A stretch of DNA of 64,000 nucleotides from Candidatus Cloacimonadota bacterium (GTDB taxonomy: Bacteria; Cloacimonadota; Cloacimonadia; Cloacimonadales; TCS61). The DNA lies in contig JAIPGP010000004.1 in assembly GCA_021735645.1 (NCBI GenBank), positions 3,225-67,224 on the forward strand, in the 5' to 3' direction. Within the stretch, counting starts at the first letter, position 1. Every line of letters starts with the position of its first letter. The translations under genes were made by a program, and so were the position numbers. Positions 1 to 9,659 of the stretch are shown one piece after another. The notes below the pieces were generated by a model. The model saw only the letters and a program-made list of their open reading frames with translations. It made no database searches and had not been told where the DNA came from.

Positions 1-191
1 GTATTATCAGGATCTGGAACAAAATATGGGGTTGTGAAACTTTTGCAGATAAACTGCAGATTATTGCCATCCACATCAATCATAGCAATCCATTCTTCAG
101 AGGTTGTCTCTGGCGGTATTACCGGATTGCAGGATAACAGAAAAATAACAGCTAATAACAAGATAATGTATAGCAAGTTTGTAAAACTCAT
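1..191 (-). CDS. putative lipoprotein, N-terminal part only (gene continues past left edge)
   Basis: Own minus-strand translation from the ATG at 189-191 gives MSFTNLLYIILLLAVIFLLSCNPVIPPETTSEEWIAMIDVDGNNLQF..., open to base 1. It has a signal peptide with an LLSC lipobox. It starts 1 nt after the stop of 193..918, so it is probably co-transcribed. It is absent from the ORF track because it is truncated. Confidence 0.45.
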   Translation of the reverse strand, partial: MSFTNLLYIILLLAVIFLLSCNPVIPPETTSEEWIAMIDVDGNNLQFICKSFTTPYFVPDPDN

Positions 192-192
192 A

Positions 193-918
193 TTAATCTC
201 CTTTTCTGTAGCTTTTTAGCCTTAAATTATTATTTCTCACAAATCCGGCATTATCCATCAGAAATTCCTTTTTTCCTGTACAAGCTACAGCAACTGGCAC
301 AAGAGGCAGCATCTTTGGTACATCATTAGACATCAGTACGGATATCTCTGAACTGTTTTCTCGTAATCCATCTTGCACCTTTGAAGGTAGGGTTTCATCA
401 ATGTCCAGTTCAATTAACTTGCACTGTATTTGCTTGTCTTTTACACTATAATTCTCTCTTGGGGTCGTCACTTTCCACTTACATAATTCTTTCATCGGAT
501 TCTTATCTATATTGGTTTTCCCAACAACCTCTTCAACTTCTTGTTGCGAAAGCAAAGTCAGTTCATGGTCTCCCCCGACAATATCTTTTCCCCATATTCT
601 TACGACTTCCTTTGTTTTGTTAAAAAATTCCACGAATAGTTCATTACCCTCGAATAATTCAAGAACTGTTGTGGTGTTGTTATTTCTATCAATCACTCGC
701 AAAGTATGATCTGCATATTCTTCACTTTGTGTCTCATCATTGACTTCATAAACAACTTCATCACCTTTTTTAAGGTTATCCCCAAACCTGAATTCTGAGG
801 TATATTGGATTATTGCGGTTATTCTCCTCGTATCCTCAGGGTCAGGATCTGATAATTCTATTCCGTATGCCGGGATTGATAGTAAAATCAATAAAACTGC
901 TGTTAATAGTCTTTTCAT
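193..918 (-). CDS. secreted hypothetical protein
   Basis: 241-aa ORF with GGAGG about 6 nt upstream of the ATG and signal peptide MKRLLTAVLLILLSIPAYG. No family motif recognised. Confidence 0.6.
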   Translation of the reverse strand: MKRLLTAVLLILLSIPAYGIELSDPDPEDTRRITAIIQYTSEFRFGDNLKKGDEVVYEVNDETQSEEYADHTLRVIDRNNNTTTVLELFEGNELFVEFFNKTKEVVRIWGKDIVGGDHELTLLSQQEVEEVVGKTNIDKNPMKELCKWKVTTPRENYSVKDKQIQCKLIELDIDETLPSKVQDGLRENSSEISVLMSNDVPKMLPLVPVAVACTGKKEFLMDNAGFVRNNNLRLKSYRKGD

Positions 919-1151
919 CCAATTCCTCCATCTTCTCTTTTATAAATTATGTTACAATTTATCTTCTACATTACTTTATTTACAAATACAGTACATTGTA
1001 TTTTTCACTAATTATTTTTGTATGACTATAATTATATTTTTGCATAAATTATGTCAAATATTTTTTTTGATTTGTTATCTCTCCAAAAAGTAATTGTATT
1101 TCTGCCACAAATCACAGGTGTGAATAAATGATAACCGTTGAGCACAGGATT

Positions 1152-1196
1152 TATAAGTCGTATAGGTCATATAAGTCCTATAAGCCCTATAAGCCA
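1152..1196. repeat. tandem 9-bp array, 5 units (TATAAGTCG TATAGGTCA TATAAGTCC TATAAGCCC TATAAGCCA)
   Basis: Read directly. It ends 2 nt from the stop codon (1199-1201) of the radical SAM gene. The core is the reverse complement of the array at 41198-41260. Confidence 0.9.
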
Positions 1197-1198
1197 CT

Positions 1199-2851
1199 CT
1201 ACGTAACAGTCACTATCTGCTTCCTGCCAGCCTTGCCAAAGTAAACCTGTATTTCACTACTTTTATAATAGTCAGAAACTGGTAAAAAAAATATCGCCTG
1301 CCGGATTTCCGCTGCTTTCAATCCATCTATATCATTTTTGTGCTGACTCAGTATCTGATAACCCTTCTTTCGCGCCTTAGCCAAGACCTCATTCTGCAAA
1401 AATACCGGATAATAACTGCTCCTGGACTGCCCGCACCAGTCAATTCTTAAATGGTCCAGCAATTCTTCCCTGCCGATTATATTCAGCGTCATCACCATAT
1501 CAACCAAGGCAATAGCACATCTCTCCCAGTCCCGCATCCGCAAATCAAGCCCCAGCTGCTGATAGTATCCCGCTAAACCTCTCAGCAGTAACCAGCCACT
1601 GATCTCTTTTTCTGTGAGCAATACAGTCATTGCCCTCTTAAACCTGCCGGAATTATAATAAATATCCAGTACAGCTTCCACCTGGCGCACTTTTCCCAGA
1701 TCCGCCCAACTCATTAGCTTGGTTTGCAAAACCTGATAGGGAGCTTTTACCTGATAGATAATTTCATGTTCAGAAACCAGGCTTTCCATCTCAGTTCCTG
1801 CCAGTATCTTCAAAAAACCTAACTGCAAATGACCACTGTCTAATTTTATCACGTCATCAAATCCTGCTGCCAGAGAATCTATATCCTCTCCCGGCAATCC
1901 AGCGATCAGATCAAGATGAATATGAATATTGCCCAGCTCTTTTATTCTTAAAATATTCTCTTTCACTTTTGCCCAATCCATCTGCCGGTGTATCAGCTTT
2001 CCTGTTTCGCTATTCAAAGTCTGAATCCCGATCTCAAACCGAAATCTGCCAGAAGGAATAGCAGATAATACCGCAAAATCTTCCTCACCTAATAACTCCG
2101 GGTGTATCTCAAAGTGAAATCCCGTCTCACTTTCAGGATAGGCTTTATATAGCTCAGCTATCTTCTGCCAGATCTGCCGTGACCTTGCTGGTTTAGCATT
2201 AAATGTCCTGTCCACCAGCTTGATGTGAGCATATCCTCCCCGGATAAATTGTTCCAACTCTATATAAACCAGTTGTATTGGTCGAAACTGTAATTTCTGA
2301 TCACTTCTGGATGACAGGCAATAGGCACAGCGAAACGGACAGCCCCGTGAGGTTTCATAATAAAAATAGCGACTATCCTTTCCTTCTATGTCCAAATGCT
2401 CATATGGAAATGGCAATTCTGCGATACTTACTGCTTTTCCCGGCACTATCCCTTTCAACCTGCCATTTTCATCAGCTATTATCTCTGCTATCACACCTTC
2501 CCCAGCACCTGTAACCACATAATCCAGGCACTCAAATTCCGCCAGCCACTTCTCCGCTTTATAACTCACCTCCGGTCCTCCGGCTATAAAACGTGTAGAT
2601 TCTACCAGTCTGCCCAGATCAGTCAGTATTGATTTTATCTGCTCCACATTCCAGATATAAATACTGAAAGCTATGTAATCTGCCTGCCGGCTCAAAAGGT
2701 CTTCGATAATATCCAGTTGCGGCTGATTTATATTGTATTCACAAAGTTCTACTTCTATATCCTGCCCCTGCAACACTGCCTGCAGATAATACAGTGCCAG
2801 GCTGGTATGCGTATATCGCGCATTCAACGTGGTTAATACTAATTTCTTCAT
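1199..2851 (-). CDS. B12-binding-domain radical SAM protein (DUF4080-type C-terminus)
   Basis: 550 aa. The N-terminal MKKLVLTTLNARYTHTSLALYYL region is typical of cobalamin-binding radical SAM enzymes. CxxxCxxC cluster motif in ETSRGCPFRCAYCLSS. Overlaps the upstream gene by 4 nt. Confidence 0.85.
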   Translation of the reverse strand: MKKLVLTTLNARYTHTSLALYYLQAVLQGQDIEVELCEYNINQPQLDIIEDLLSRQADYIAFSIYIWNVEQIKSILTDLGRLVESTRFIAGGPEVSYKAEKWLAEFECLDYVVTGAGEGVIAEIIADENGRLKGIVPGKAVSIAELPFPYEHLDIEGKDSRYFYYETSRGCPFRCAYCLSSRSDQKLQFRPIQLVYIELEQFIRGGYAHIKLVDRTFNAKPARSRQIWQKIAELYKAYPESETGFHFEIHPELLGEEDFAVLSAIPSGRFRFEIGIQTLNSETGKLIHRQMDWAKVKENILRIKELGNIHIHLDLIAGLPGEDIDSLAAGFDDVIKLDSGHLQLGFLKILAGTEMESLVSEHEIIYQVKAPYQVLQTKLMSWADLGKVRQVEAVLDIYYNSGRFKRAMTVLLTEKEISGWLLLRGLAGYYQQLGLDLRMRDWERCAIALVDMVMTLNIIGREELLDHLRIDWCGQSRSSYYPVFLQNEVLAKARKKGYQILSQHKNDIDGLKAAEIRQAIFFLPVSDYYKSSEIQVYFGKAGRKQIVTVT

Positions 2852-3558
2852 TTACTGAATAAGGCTTTTGCCCGTTTAAGGTCTTCAGGAAAATCTATTT
2901 CTATTACAGCAGCGTCACCTGTAGATATTGCCATGATCTCTATACCGCCACAAAACTTGTTAACTGCATATTCAAAATAATTATTATGTTGCTGAGCTTC
3001 TACTCCCAGCTCCAGAAATTTCACCATTCTGCCCAACACTTCCTTCCGGAAACAAGCTATCCCGATAAATTCACCCGCACACTCTTCCAGACTGAGTTCT
3101 TTGCCAATTGCGGTAACATATCCCGCTTCATTGATGATCACTTTCACCTCTTCTGCTCCGCAGACTTTCATCTCAACCAGTATTGAGCTGACAGGATTAT
3201 CCAGCAGCATAGGCAGCAGCTTCTCTTCAAAAAGCACATCTCCATTAAAATAAAGCGTGTCTTTATCTAAAAATTCCCGCGCCAGAAATAATGAATAAAG
3301 TGTATTAGTAACAGCAAAATCGGGATTGATCACAAATATTACCTGCTCAGGTGATAATATCTCCAGCACATGCTCCTTCATTTCTGCCTGTCGATAACCA
3401 ATCACGATCACAAAATGCATCACCCCATTTTGCAGACATTTTTCTATCTGATAATGTATGACCGATTTATCAGTGATCTTAAGCATTGGCTTCGGCAGCC
3501 CTCCCGTCAAAGAATTGAGTCTGCGTCCCATACCCGCTGCTAAAATTATTGCCTGCAT
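2848..3558 (-). CDS. sugar-phosphate/phosphocholine nucleotidyltransferase family protein (LicC/GlmU N-terminal-like)
   Basis: 236 aa. N-terminal ILAAGMGRRLNSLTGGLPKPML matches the GxGxR...KP NTP-transferase signature. AGAGGG lies upstream of the ATG. 4-nt overlap with 1199..2851. Confidence 0.8.
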   Translation of the reverse strand: MQAIILAAGMGRRLNSLTGGLPKPMLKITDKSVIHYQIEKCLQNGVMHFVIVIGYRQAEMKEHVLEILSPEQVIFVINPDFAVTNTLYSLFLAREFLDKDTLYFNGDVLFEEKLLPMLLDNPVSSILVEMKVCGAEEVKVIINEAGYVTAIGKELSLEECAGEFIGIACFRKEVLGRMVKFLELGVEAQQHNNYFEYAVNKFCGGIEIMAISTGDAAVIEIDFPEDLKRAKALFSK

Positions 3559-3816
3559 AATCCCTCTTAAGTTTTTTTTATGCTTTTCACTTATTACACT
3601 TTTCTTGTCAATTCAAACTCCCCATTCACCACGTATTTCTTCTAATGACACTCTAAACCTTTGGAGTACATTAACCGTGTTAATGTGTGCGGTGCCAGCC
3701 GCATAAAACCAGCACCAAATCATAAATCACTAAGCTCCAATAAATTAACAACCTCAAAATTAAACTAACCGTTACAAGGGAACCAACTTTCATCTTCACA
3801 TTAAATTTTTTAGCGG

Positions 3817-3880
3817 CTTTCGCGGTTCAAATAACGTGAAGGTCAGAAAGTTTGAAGATTTGAGGGTTTGATGTAAACTT
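3817..3880. repeat. 64-bp dispersed repeat, copy 1 (CTTTCGCGGTTCAAATAACGTGAAGGTCAGAAAGTTTGAAGATTTGAGGGTTTGATGTAAACTT)
   Basis: Identical except for 1 nt to 4272-4335 in the same intergenic region. Confidence 0.9.
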
Positions 3881-3956
3881 GACTCGTAGTTAAAAATTAG
3901 TTCGTCTTGTTAGCATTGGCTTGATAGGGCGTAATCCATGAAGCCTATTCGCTGCC

Positions 3957-4211
3957 ATAAAATATCTTACATTACATTACCTTGTTCGCGTTTGTTCGGT
4001 TTGTTCGCGGCTAAATTATCTTCACATTATAATCGTAGCTTAATCCCGGATTAAGCATTAATTTCCATCAAACTGGAAAGTATAAAATATCTTACATTAC
4101 AATACCTTGTTCGCGTTTGTTCGGTTTGTTCGCGGCTTAAAATTATCTTCACATTATAATCGTAGCTTAATCCTCCCGGATTAAGCATTAATTTCCATCA
4201 AACTGGAAAGT
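3957..4211. repeat. tandem duplication, two units of about 125 and 130 bp
   Basis: Unit 1 is 3957-4081 and unit 2 is 4082-4211, differing by small indels. Each unit contains ATAAAATATCTTACATTAC, a TTGTTCGnn x3 nonamer array, ATCTTCACATTATAAT, the palindrome GCTTAATCC(C)GGATTAAGC and TTCCATCAAACTGGAA. Confidence 0.9.
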
Positions 4212-4271
4212 TTGATCTACATCTAACTTACCTTCTTTCTTCGCATTACATTTTTTCGCGTAATTTCGCGC

Positions 4272-4335
4272 CTTTCGCGGTTCAAATAAAGTGAAGGTCA
4301 GAAAGTTTGAAGATTTGAGGGTTTGATGTAAACTT
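4272..4335. repeat. 64-bp dispersed repeat, copy 2
   Basis: Matches 3817-3880 with one mismatch. It is preceded by a TTTCGCG x3 array (4254-4280). Confidence 0.9.
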
Positions 4336-4400
4336 TTGTAATTTTATCTAAATTGCAATGTTTCCTATTACGTTTGCCATTTTTATCAATGAAGTTTAAC

Positions 4401-4465
4401 AAAAAAAAATAGGAGGACAAACAGGACACTTGAGCAGTATAAATCTGCTTCCTGTTCATCCTCCT
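4401..4465 (-). terminator. Rho-independent terminator of the C25 operon
   Basis: On the minus strand, stem AGGAGGATGAACAGGA / TCCTGTTTGTCCTCCT (plus-strand 4411-4426 and 4450-4465) is followed by a T9 run (plus-strand A-run 4401-4409). It lies about 60 nt after the stop at 4523. Confidence 0.8.
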
Positions 4466-4522
4466 GATATGTAACCTTTAACTCTGTACTAAGTTTTCAA
4501 TGTGAGTTTATTCCTGAACATA

Positions 4523-7500
4523 TTAATGTAGCAATAACATTTTTTTGTGCTCAGAGAATACTCCATTCGCTTTAAGCGCATAACAATAAACTCCGGCACC
4601 AACTTTAATATTACTGCTATTGCGTCCATCCCAGATTATTTCTCCACACCGCTTTTCTTCAGGATTCAAAACATAGCTCATCACTTTTTGTCCCTTGATG
4701 TTATATATAGCAATTTCTGCCTCGCTGATATCATCTTGCAATGCATATTCTATTACTGTCCCTGTCCTCATATTGTTAGTTGCAAAAAATGGATTGGGAT
4801 AGTTTTGATTAATTATGTTATGAGAGATAATATCTTCTCCCGTACCTGTTCCATTATAAACTACAGTAACTGTTATTGGAATTGTAAGTTCCGGGTATTC
4901 GGGATGATCAGTTACCTCCAGTATTAGATTCGTTGCATATACATGATTCAGTTCCAGATAAGAAGCATCAACCTGCAGTATCAAATTTTCGCTTTCTTCA
5001 CCTTCAATCTCCAGTTCACTATCTTCCAGGCTAATCCCTGGTACCACGGAAAGCTGATGAGTTACATTCTCCTGTTGTAGCGTTACTTCCAAGGTTTCAT
5101 GAACCAGATCATCCCAGCTATTAGGATCATCAAATCTCCAATAAGCTATTAGATCTTCATCACTGGGGTCTACTACTTGACTCATGTAGGCATTGATTTC
5201 CTGTTCTGTACGAACATCACTCCAAAAGCGAACTTCATCCATTGCACCATTCAATTTAGCCTTAACAGCACCACTATACTGATGAGCACCCAGATCAATA
5301 TGAGCTACACCAGTAGTGTAGTTACCTGATTCATTATTTCCTGCATGATCTACTTCTTCACCATCAATATATAGATAAATATCGTCATCATCTACCGTAA
5401 CTGCATAATGATGCCATATTCCCAAATCAGGGGCATCAGCAGCCAGTTCGGTACTGGTGGTATTGGGATAAGAATATCCATTAATAACGAATTTAGTCTC
5501 ATCATCCCCTGTTCTGACAAAAAAGCATATCACAGCACCAGATAATCCGGTTGCATTATCTTTTCTCTGTTCAAATAGAGTATTAGTTGTCCATGTTCCA
5601 AAGCCGTCCCCATCAACTCTTACCCAGGCTTCAATGGTAAAATCCTCATCAGTAAGCAGACATTGATCAAGTGACAAAAATCCACCATAAAAATCCGCAC
5701 AATCATTATAACAACCTTCTAAATGAGCTGAAACTTCTATATTTTCCTCGCCGATATTACTGATACTGATTGGGATATCTGTTATTTCATCAATTAGTAC
5801 GGAAAAATCTGTAATTTCTTGTACTTCAATTTCAGGAGGATCTATAACGGTACCTACTACAGGAATTTCAATCTCATCATTAGTAAAAGAATTGCTGTTA
5901 ATTGTTATTGATCCATCAAATTCCCCGTTTTCGTCGCTTTCATAAGTAAGTACCATGTCTACAGTTTCACCTGGGTCAAGGTTTACCTCTGGAAAATCAC
6001 ATGTAAGACCAGTGCAGTATATATCAATTCCCCTAAGTGACAATTCTCCTGAACCGATATTTTCAATCTCCACTACATACTCTTTCCCATAATCATTGAA
6101 AACATCTCCAAAATCAATCGTTTCTTCAGCAATATAAATTTCAGGGACTAAAACTTCCATAACTGAAATATAATCCCAACTCATTCCATTACATTGAAAA
6201 TTAAGATTAAATCTTACCGTTTCCTGAATTGGAAAATCCTCACTGAGATCGAATGAAAGACCAGTAATATCTTCTTCCAGATATCCTGCAGCTATTGTAG
6301 TAACTGTGATTTCGCTGGTTGTCAAATCAACAAATTCTTCATGATCACATGATAAAGTAATGTCAATATCCCCGGTGGCTTCATCTCCGAAATTCAAGAG
6401 ATCAATAGAAAGATCGATTGTTTCACCTGGCAATACAATTTCAAGTTGGTTTTCATCGTAATAATGCAAATCATCCAGTATCAGCCAGCAGGAATCTTCC
6501 GGTAAAGTAGCTCCGCTGATAAGTAAAGCAGTTTCATCATCAAGATCATCTCCAGTTTCAAAATAGTCATTATCAAATGTATATTGAAGCCCTACTGTTC
6601 CTGTCTGGTCTTCAATACCGATTGTTGAATATTGACCATGGTCTGCAGTACCACCATTATAAGAGCCAACATTGACATTATTAAATGTCTTATACTGATA
6701 TTTCATTTGATTATTTCCATTGGAAGTGGGATAATAAGCTCTGTCATAGATGATTAGTTCAAAGGTCTCTTCGCTAGTACTATTATAATCATTTATCAGA
6801 TCATCCCATTCGACAACAAATATATGATCGTTTGCATTGTAATAAGCGTATACTCCCGAATTTGCATCACCTACCAGATCATCCCAGAATACAGCTATCA
6901 TTGGTGACACTCCTCCATCACCGGGAATCGGTCTGTTCATATATGATACACTCTCCGTATAACCAGGAGCTACCCAGCCATTTGAGCAAACAGTTAATTC
7001 ATCATAATTTTGACCATAAAAACGAAATTCGAATGGAAGATTTACCTGACATGATGAGCCTTGATCACTTCCATTGATTAGATCTATAGGTAAAGCTGTG
7101 GTTGTGTTTATTTCTATCCAGCTATAATTAACTGTTTGATATCCGGTATCATATTCATCGTAAATACAATATCCAAATTCATCTGGCCCTGCAGGATCAC
7201 TTGCACCGGGAGTTCCTATTGACTGGACAACTTCTATCTCCTGCAGGAATCCCGCTGCATTGGATAATATTAAGGTGAATATTGAACCAGTTTCTGCAAT
7301 GAACTCATCAGGAATAACAATAGTGAAAGGCGTTACTGATTCATAAATCTCCTCCGGGTCAAGATCTCCCACATAACAGGAGCTTGGTGAAATAGTTATT
7401 AAGTTACTGGTACTGGCTAGTTCCAGATTTATACCATTAATCTCATAATCACCCGTATTTTCTATTTCATAATCAAAATATACTGTTTCTCCGGGTTCTG

Positions 7501-9637
7501 GAATATTATTATTATTATCTGAAAATTCATAATCATTTAGCGTTAATTCCAGAAATGTTAGTGGTACAATATATGAGTCTGTGTAGTCACGAAATTCTGC
7601 TGGTGCAATATTGATGCTTATACTGCATTCAGATAGATCTCCACTCCCAAGATAATTTATTGTGATGTCATCTAGAGAAGCAGTTAACCCTGCACCAATC
7701 GAAGCGATCGTTATATTTCCATCTTCAATTGTTATTTCGTCTGAAATACTCTCTACACTTACTTCTATCTGGTAAATAGTATTAATGCTATTATTAACCA
7801 GATCAAAGGTTAATTCTCCTGCTTCTCCTGGCTCAAAACTTCCATTAATGCTTACATCATCATAAGCCAGATTAGTTATTTCCAGAGTGTGGTTAAGATC
7901 CAGAGAAATATCTTCCTGCACTGGAATGTAATTTCTACCGCTAACAGTCAGTTTAAATTCATCAGAAGTACATCCTGAAATATCAAAGAAAGCATATCCG
8001 TTTTCATCTGTGAAACTAAAATACTGTTCATCATAGGTGTCATTATAAAGACATGCATATAAGCCTTCTAATGCGTAGTTATTGTCGTTTTCTGCATAAA
8101 TAATAATGCTGTTTTGATCAATTGAGTATGCCGCTTCGCATTCAACCACTAGCTCTTGTGGTGCTCCTATCCAGATTTCTTCTGAAGGATCACCCATCAA
8201 GTTACAATAGTGATTTAATTTTACAGTTTGATTATCCGGATTAGTTGGATAACTCTCCCATAATGAAACTTTCCCTCTTGTATGGGCGGCTCCCATTGTT
8301 TTTAAGTCCTCTGCATATAATCCATAAGCAACTCCTTGAGTAAAACTGTTATTTAAACAAGTATTTGTCAGATCGTGTGCTGCCCCTATAGCTCCGATCC
8401 CCCCCCCTACATTTCCGATCGTTCCGGCACGAAGAAATGACTCACTACAACTACAATCATCTACGGCAAAACTACCAGTATTGCAAGTAATTGTAACTAC
8501 AAAAGGCAACATCCAGCCATTATTTAACTCATTTGCTGTACTACTTTGCCAACCACTCATTCCAATTTCTCCTCGATAGGTGAAAAAGCTAACTCCCTGA
8601 TTAATAGCGTTCATCATTGAGATTAAATAAGAAGGAATATTGTCGTACACTTCAATAAAATTATAATAAGGATGATTATTAGTGATCAATTCTTTGATGT
8701 TTATACAGGTATAAACTGCGGATTCACCGGAATACGGCAACCCTTCAGGACCTGGATCTCCTGCCAAAAGAACCCGATTATACCAGCTTGTATCACCTAT
8801 ATATGGCTCTTTTTCATAATTAATTGTCTTATATAACATCACTTGCAATACATATAAACTGTTATAAGATAATCTTCCAATATGAACATCGCTGATATAG
8901 TCATTACCTGCCAGCAGTGTGTAAGGGTTGTCTCCTTCTACGGAATGACCTGTCCACGTTTCATACCAGGTGGGAATACCTAATTCACCTCCAACATCTC
9001 CGACCAGGCAAATATACTCTGGTGGCACATCCCAGTTATCGTAAGCATCTTGAATATATGCTTTAATTGCCGTATTAGTTGTTCCGGTCTCGGTTGTATT
9101 AGCTAAAGTTACCAGATAACCCCTTTGTTTTTTCCATTCTACAAGATAATTCATATTCTCCTCTATATCCTCATCATCAACATATATATAGAGAATACTT
9201 GGCTGGGCTGGTTCTATATCCCGCCAGTTCTCACGTTCTGCCATTTCGGGAAACATACTGATATACATCTGCAGAAATGATCCGGCCGGTTGCTGAAAAG
9301 TTATCCCCTCTTCGCTGCTACCGCTCAATTCTACACTTATAGTATCGCCACTGGCTAATCCAAATTCTGGTTCTACTGTAAGTACAGTAAATTCCATATC
9401 CCTCATCCTCATTACTGAACTTAATTCTGCAGAACAGTTCAGGGAATTATCTATGCTGTATCCTATCCCGTCTATTACGGGAAGAACATGATGATATATT
9501 GAATCGGTTTCTGAACTGTATAAAGGCATTCGCAGGATTGTCTTATCAACAGTAGCTTCAACTTGAAACTGATTGGTAATTGCACTTAAAAACAACGGTA
9601 ACAGTAATAGTATTGCCAGGTAAATTCTTTTATTCAC
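4523..9637 (-). CDS. giant gingipain-like (peptidase C25 family) surface protein with LamG-like module and T9SS C-terminal sorting domain
   Basis: 1704 aa. GTG start with AGGAGG upstream and a signal peptide. C25-type core (YICLVGDVGG..., DVHIGRLSYNS, FVVTITCNTGSF). Several Ig/CARDB-like segments. LamG/ConA-like segment (FTIEAWVRVDG...MDEVRFWSDVRTEQEI). C-terminus NYPNPF...IAIYNIKGQKV...WDGRN...GVYCYALKANG is typical of T9SS type-A CTDs. Confidence 0.8.
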   Translation of the reverse strand: MNKRIYLAILLLLPLFLSAITNQFQVEATVDKTILRMPLYSSETDSIYHHVLPVIDGIGYSIDNSLNCSAELSSVMRMRDMEFTVLTVEPEFGLASGDTISVELSGSSEEGITFQQPAGSFLQMYISMFPEMAERENWRDIEPAQPSILYIYVDDEDIEENMNYLVEWKKQRGYLVTLANTTETGTTNTAIKAYIQDAYDNWDVPPEYICLVGDVGGELGIPTWYETWTGHSVEGDNPYTLLAGNDYISDVHIGRLSYNSLYVLQVMLYKTINYEKEPYIGDTSWYNRVLLAGDPGPEGLPYSGESAVYTCINIKELITNNHPYYNFIEVYDNIPSYLISMMNAINQGVSFFTYRGEIGMSGWQSSTANELNNGWMLPFVVTITCNTGSFAVDDCSCSESFLRAGTIGNVGGGIGAIGAAHDLTNTCLNNSFTQGVAYGLYAEDLKTMGAAHTRGKVSLWESYPTNPDNQTVKLNHYCNLMGDPSEEIWIGAPQELVVECEAAYSIDQNSIIIYAENDNNYALEGLYACLYNDTYDEQYFSFTDENGYAFFDISGCTSDEFKLTVSGRNYIPVQEDISLDLNHTLEITNLAYDDVSINGSFEPGEAGELTFDLVNNSINTIYQIEVSVESISDEITIEDGNITIASIGAGLTASLDDITINYLGSGDLSECSISINIAPAEFRDYTDSYIVPLTFLELTLNDYEFSDNNNNIPEPGETVYFDYEIENTGDYEINGINLELASTSNLITISPSSCYVGDLDPEEIYESVTPFTIVIPDEFIAETGSIFTLILSNAAGFLQEIEVVQSIGTPGASDPAGPDEFGYCIYDEYDTGYQTVNYSWIEINTTTALPIDLINGSDQGSSCQVNLPFEFRFYGQNYDELTVCSNGWVAPGYTESVSYMNRPIPGDGGVSPMIAVFWDDLVGDANSGVYAYYNANDHIFVVEWDDLINDYNSTSEETFELIIYDRAYYPTSNGNNQMKYQYKTFNNVNVGSYNGGTADHGQYSTIGIEDQTGTVGLQYTFDNDYFETGDDLDDETALLISGATLPEDSCWLILDDLHYYDENQLEIVLPGETIDLSIDLLNFGDEATGDIDITLSCDHEEFVDLTTSEITVTTIAAGYLEEDITGLSFDLSEDFPIQETVRFNLNFQCNGMSWDYISVMEVLVPEIYIAEETIDFGDVFNDYGKEYVVEIENIGSGELSLRGIDIYCTGLTCDFPEVNLDPGETVDMVLTYESDENGEFDGSITINSNSFTNDEIEIPVVGTVIDPPEIEVQEITDFSVLIDEITDIPISISNIGEENIEVSAHLEGCYNDCADFYGGFLSLDQCLLTDEDFTIEAWVRVDGDGFGTWTTNTLFEQRKDNATGLSGAVICFFVRTGDDETKFVINGYSYPNTTSTELAADAPDLGIWHHYAVTVDDDDIYLYIDGEEVDHAGNNESGNYTTGVAHIDLGAHQYSGAVKAKLNGAMDEVRFWSDVRTEQEINAYMSQVVDPSDEDLIAYWRFDDPNSWDDLVHETLEVTLQQENVTHQLSVVPGISLEDSELEIEGEESENLILQVDASYLELNHVYATNLILEVTDHPEYPELTIPITVTVVYNGTGTGEDIISHNIINQNYPNPFFATNNMRTGTVIEYALQDDISEAEIAIYNIKGQKVMSYVLNPEEKRCGEIIWDGRNSSNIKVGAGVYCYALKANGVFSEHKKMLLLH

Positions 9638-9659
9638 TTTATCCTCCTATTTTACTGAT

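Noticed and set aside
34-219. Track ORF 34..219 (+), 61 aa
   Set aside because: It is overlapped by a better-supported minus-strand lipoprotein start (1..191, with signal peptide and lipobox) and by the 3-prime end of 193..918. It has no SD and a low-complexity translation.
3957-4211. Possible CRISPR array, given regularly repeated units in a long spacer
   Set aside because: There are only two long (125-130 bp) directly abutting units with no unique spacers between short repeats. No cas genes or leader-repeat structure are present. It is a tandem duplication.
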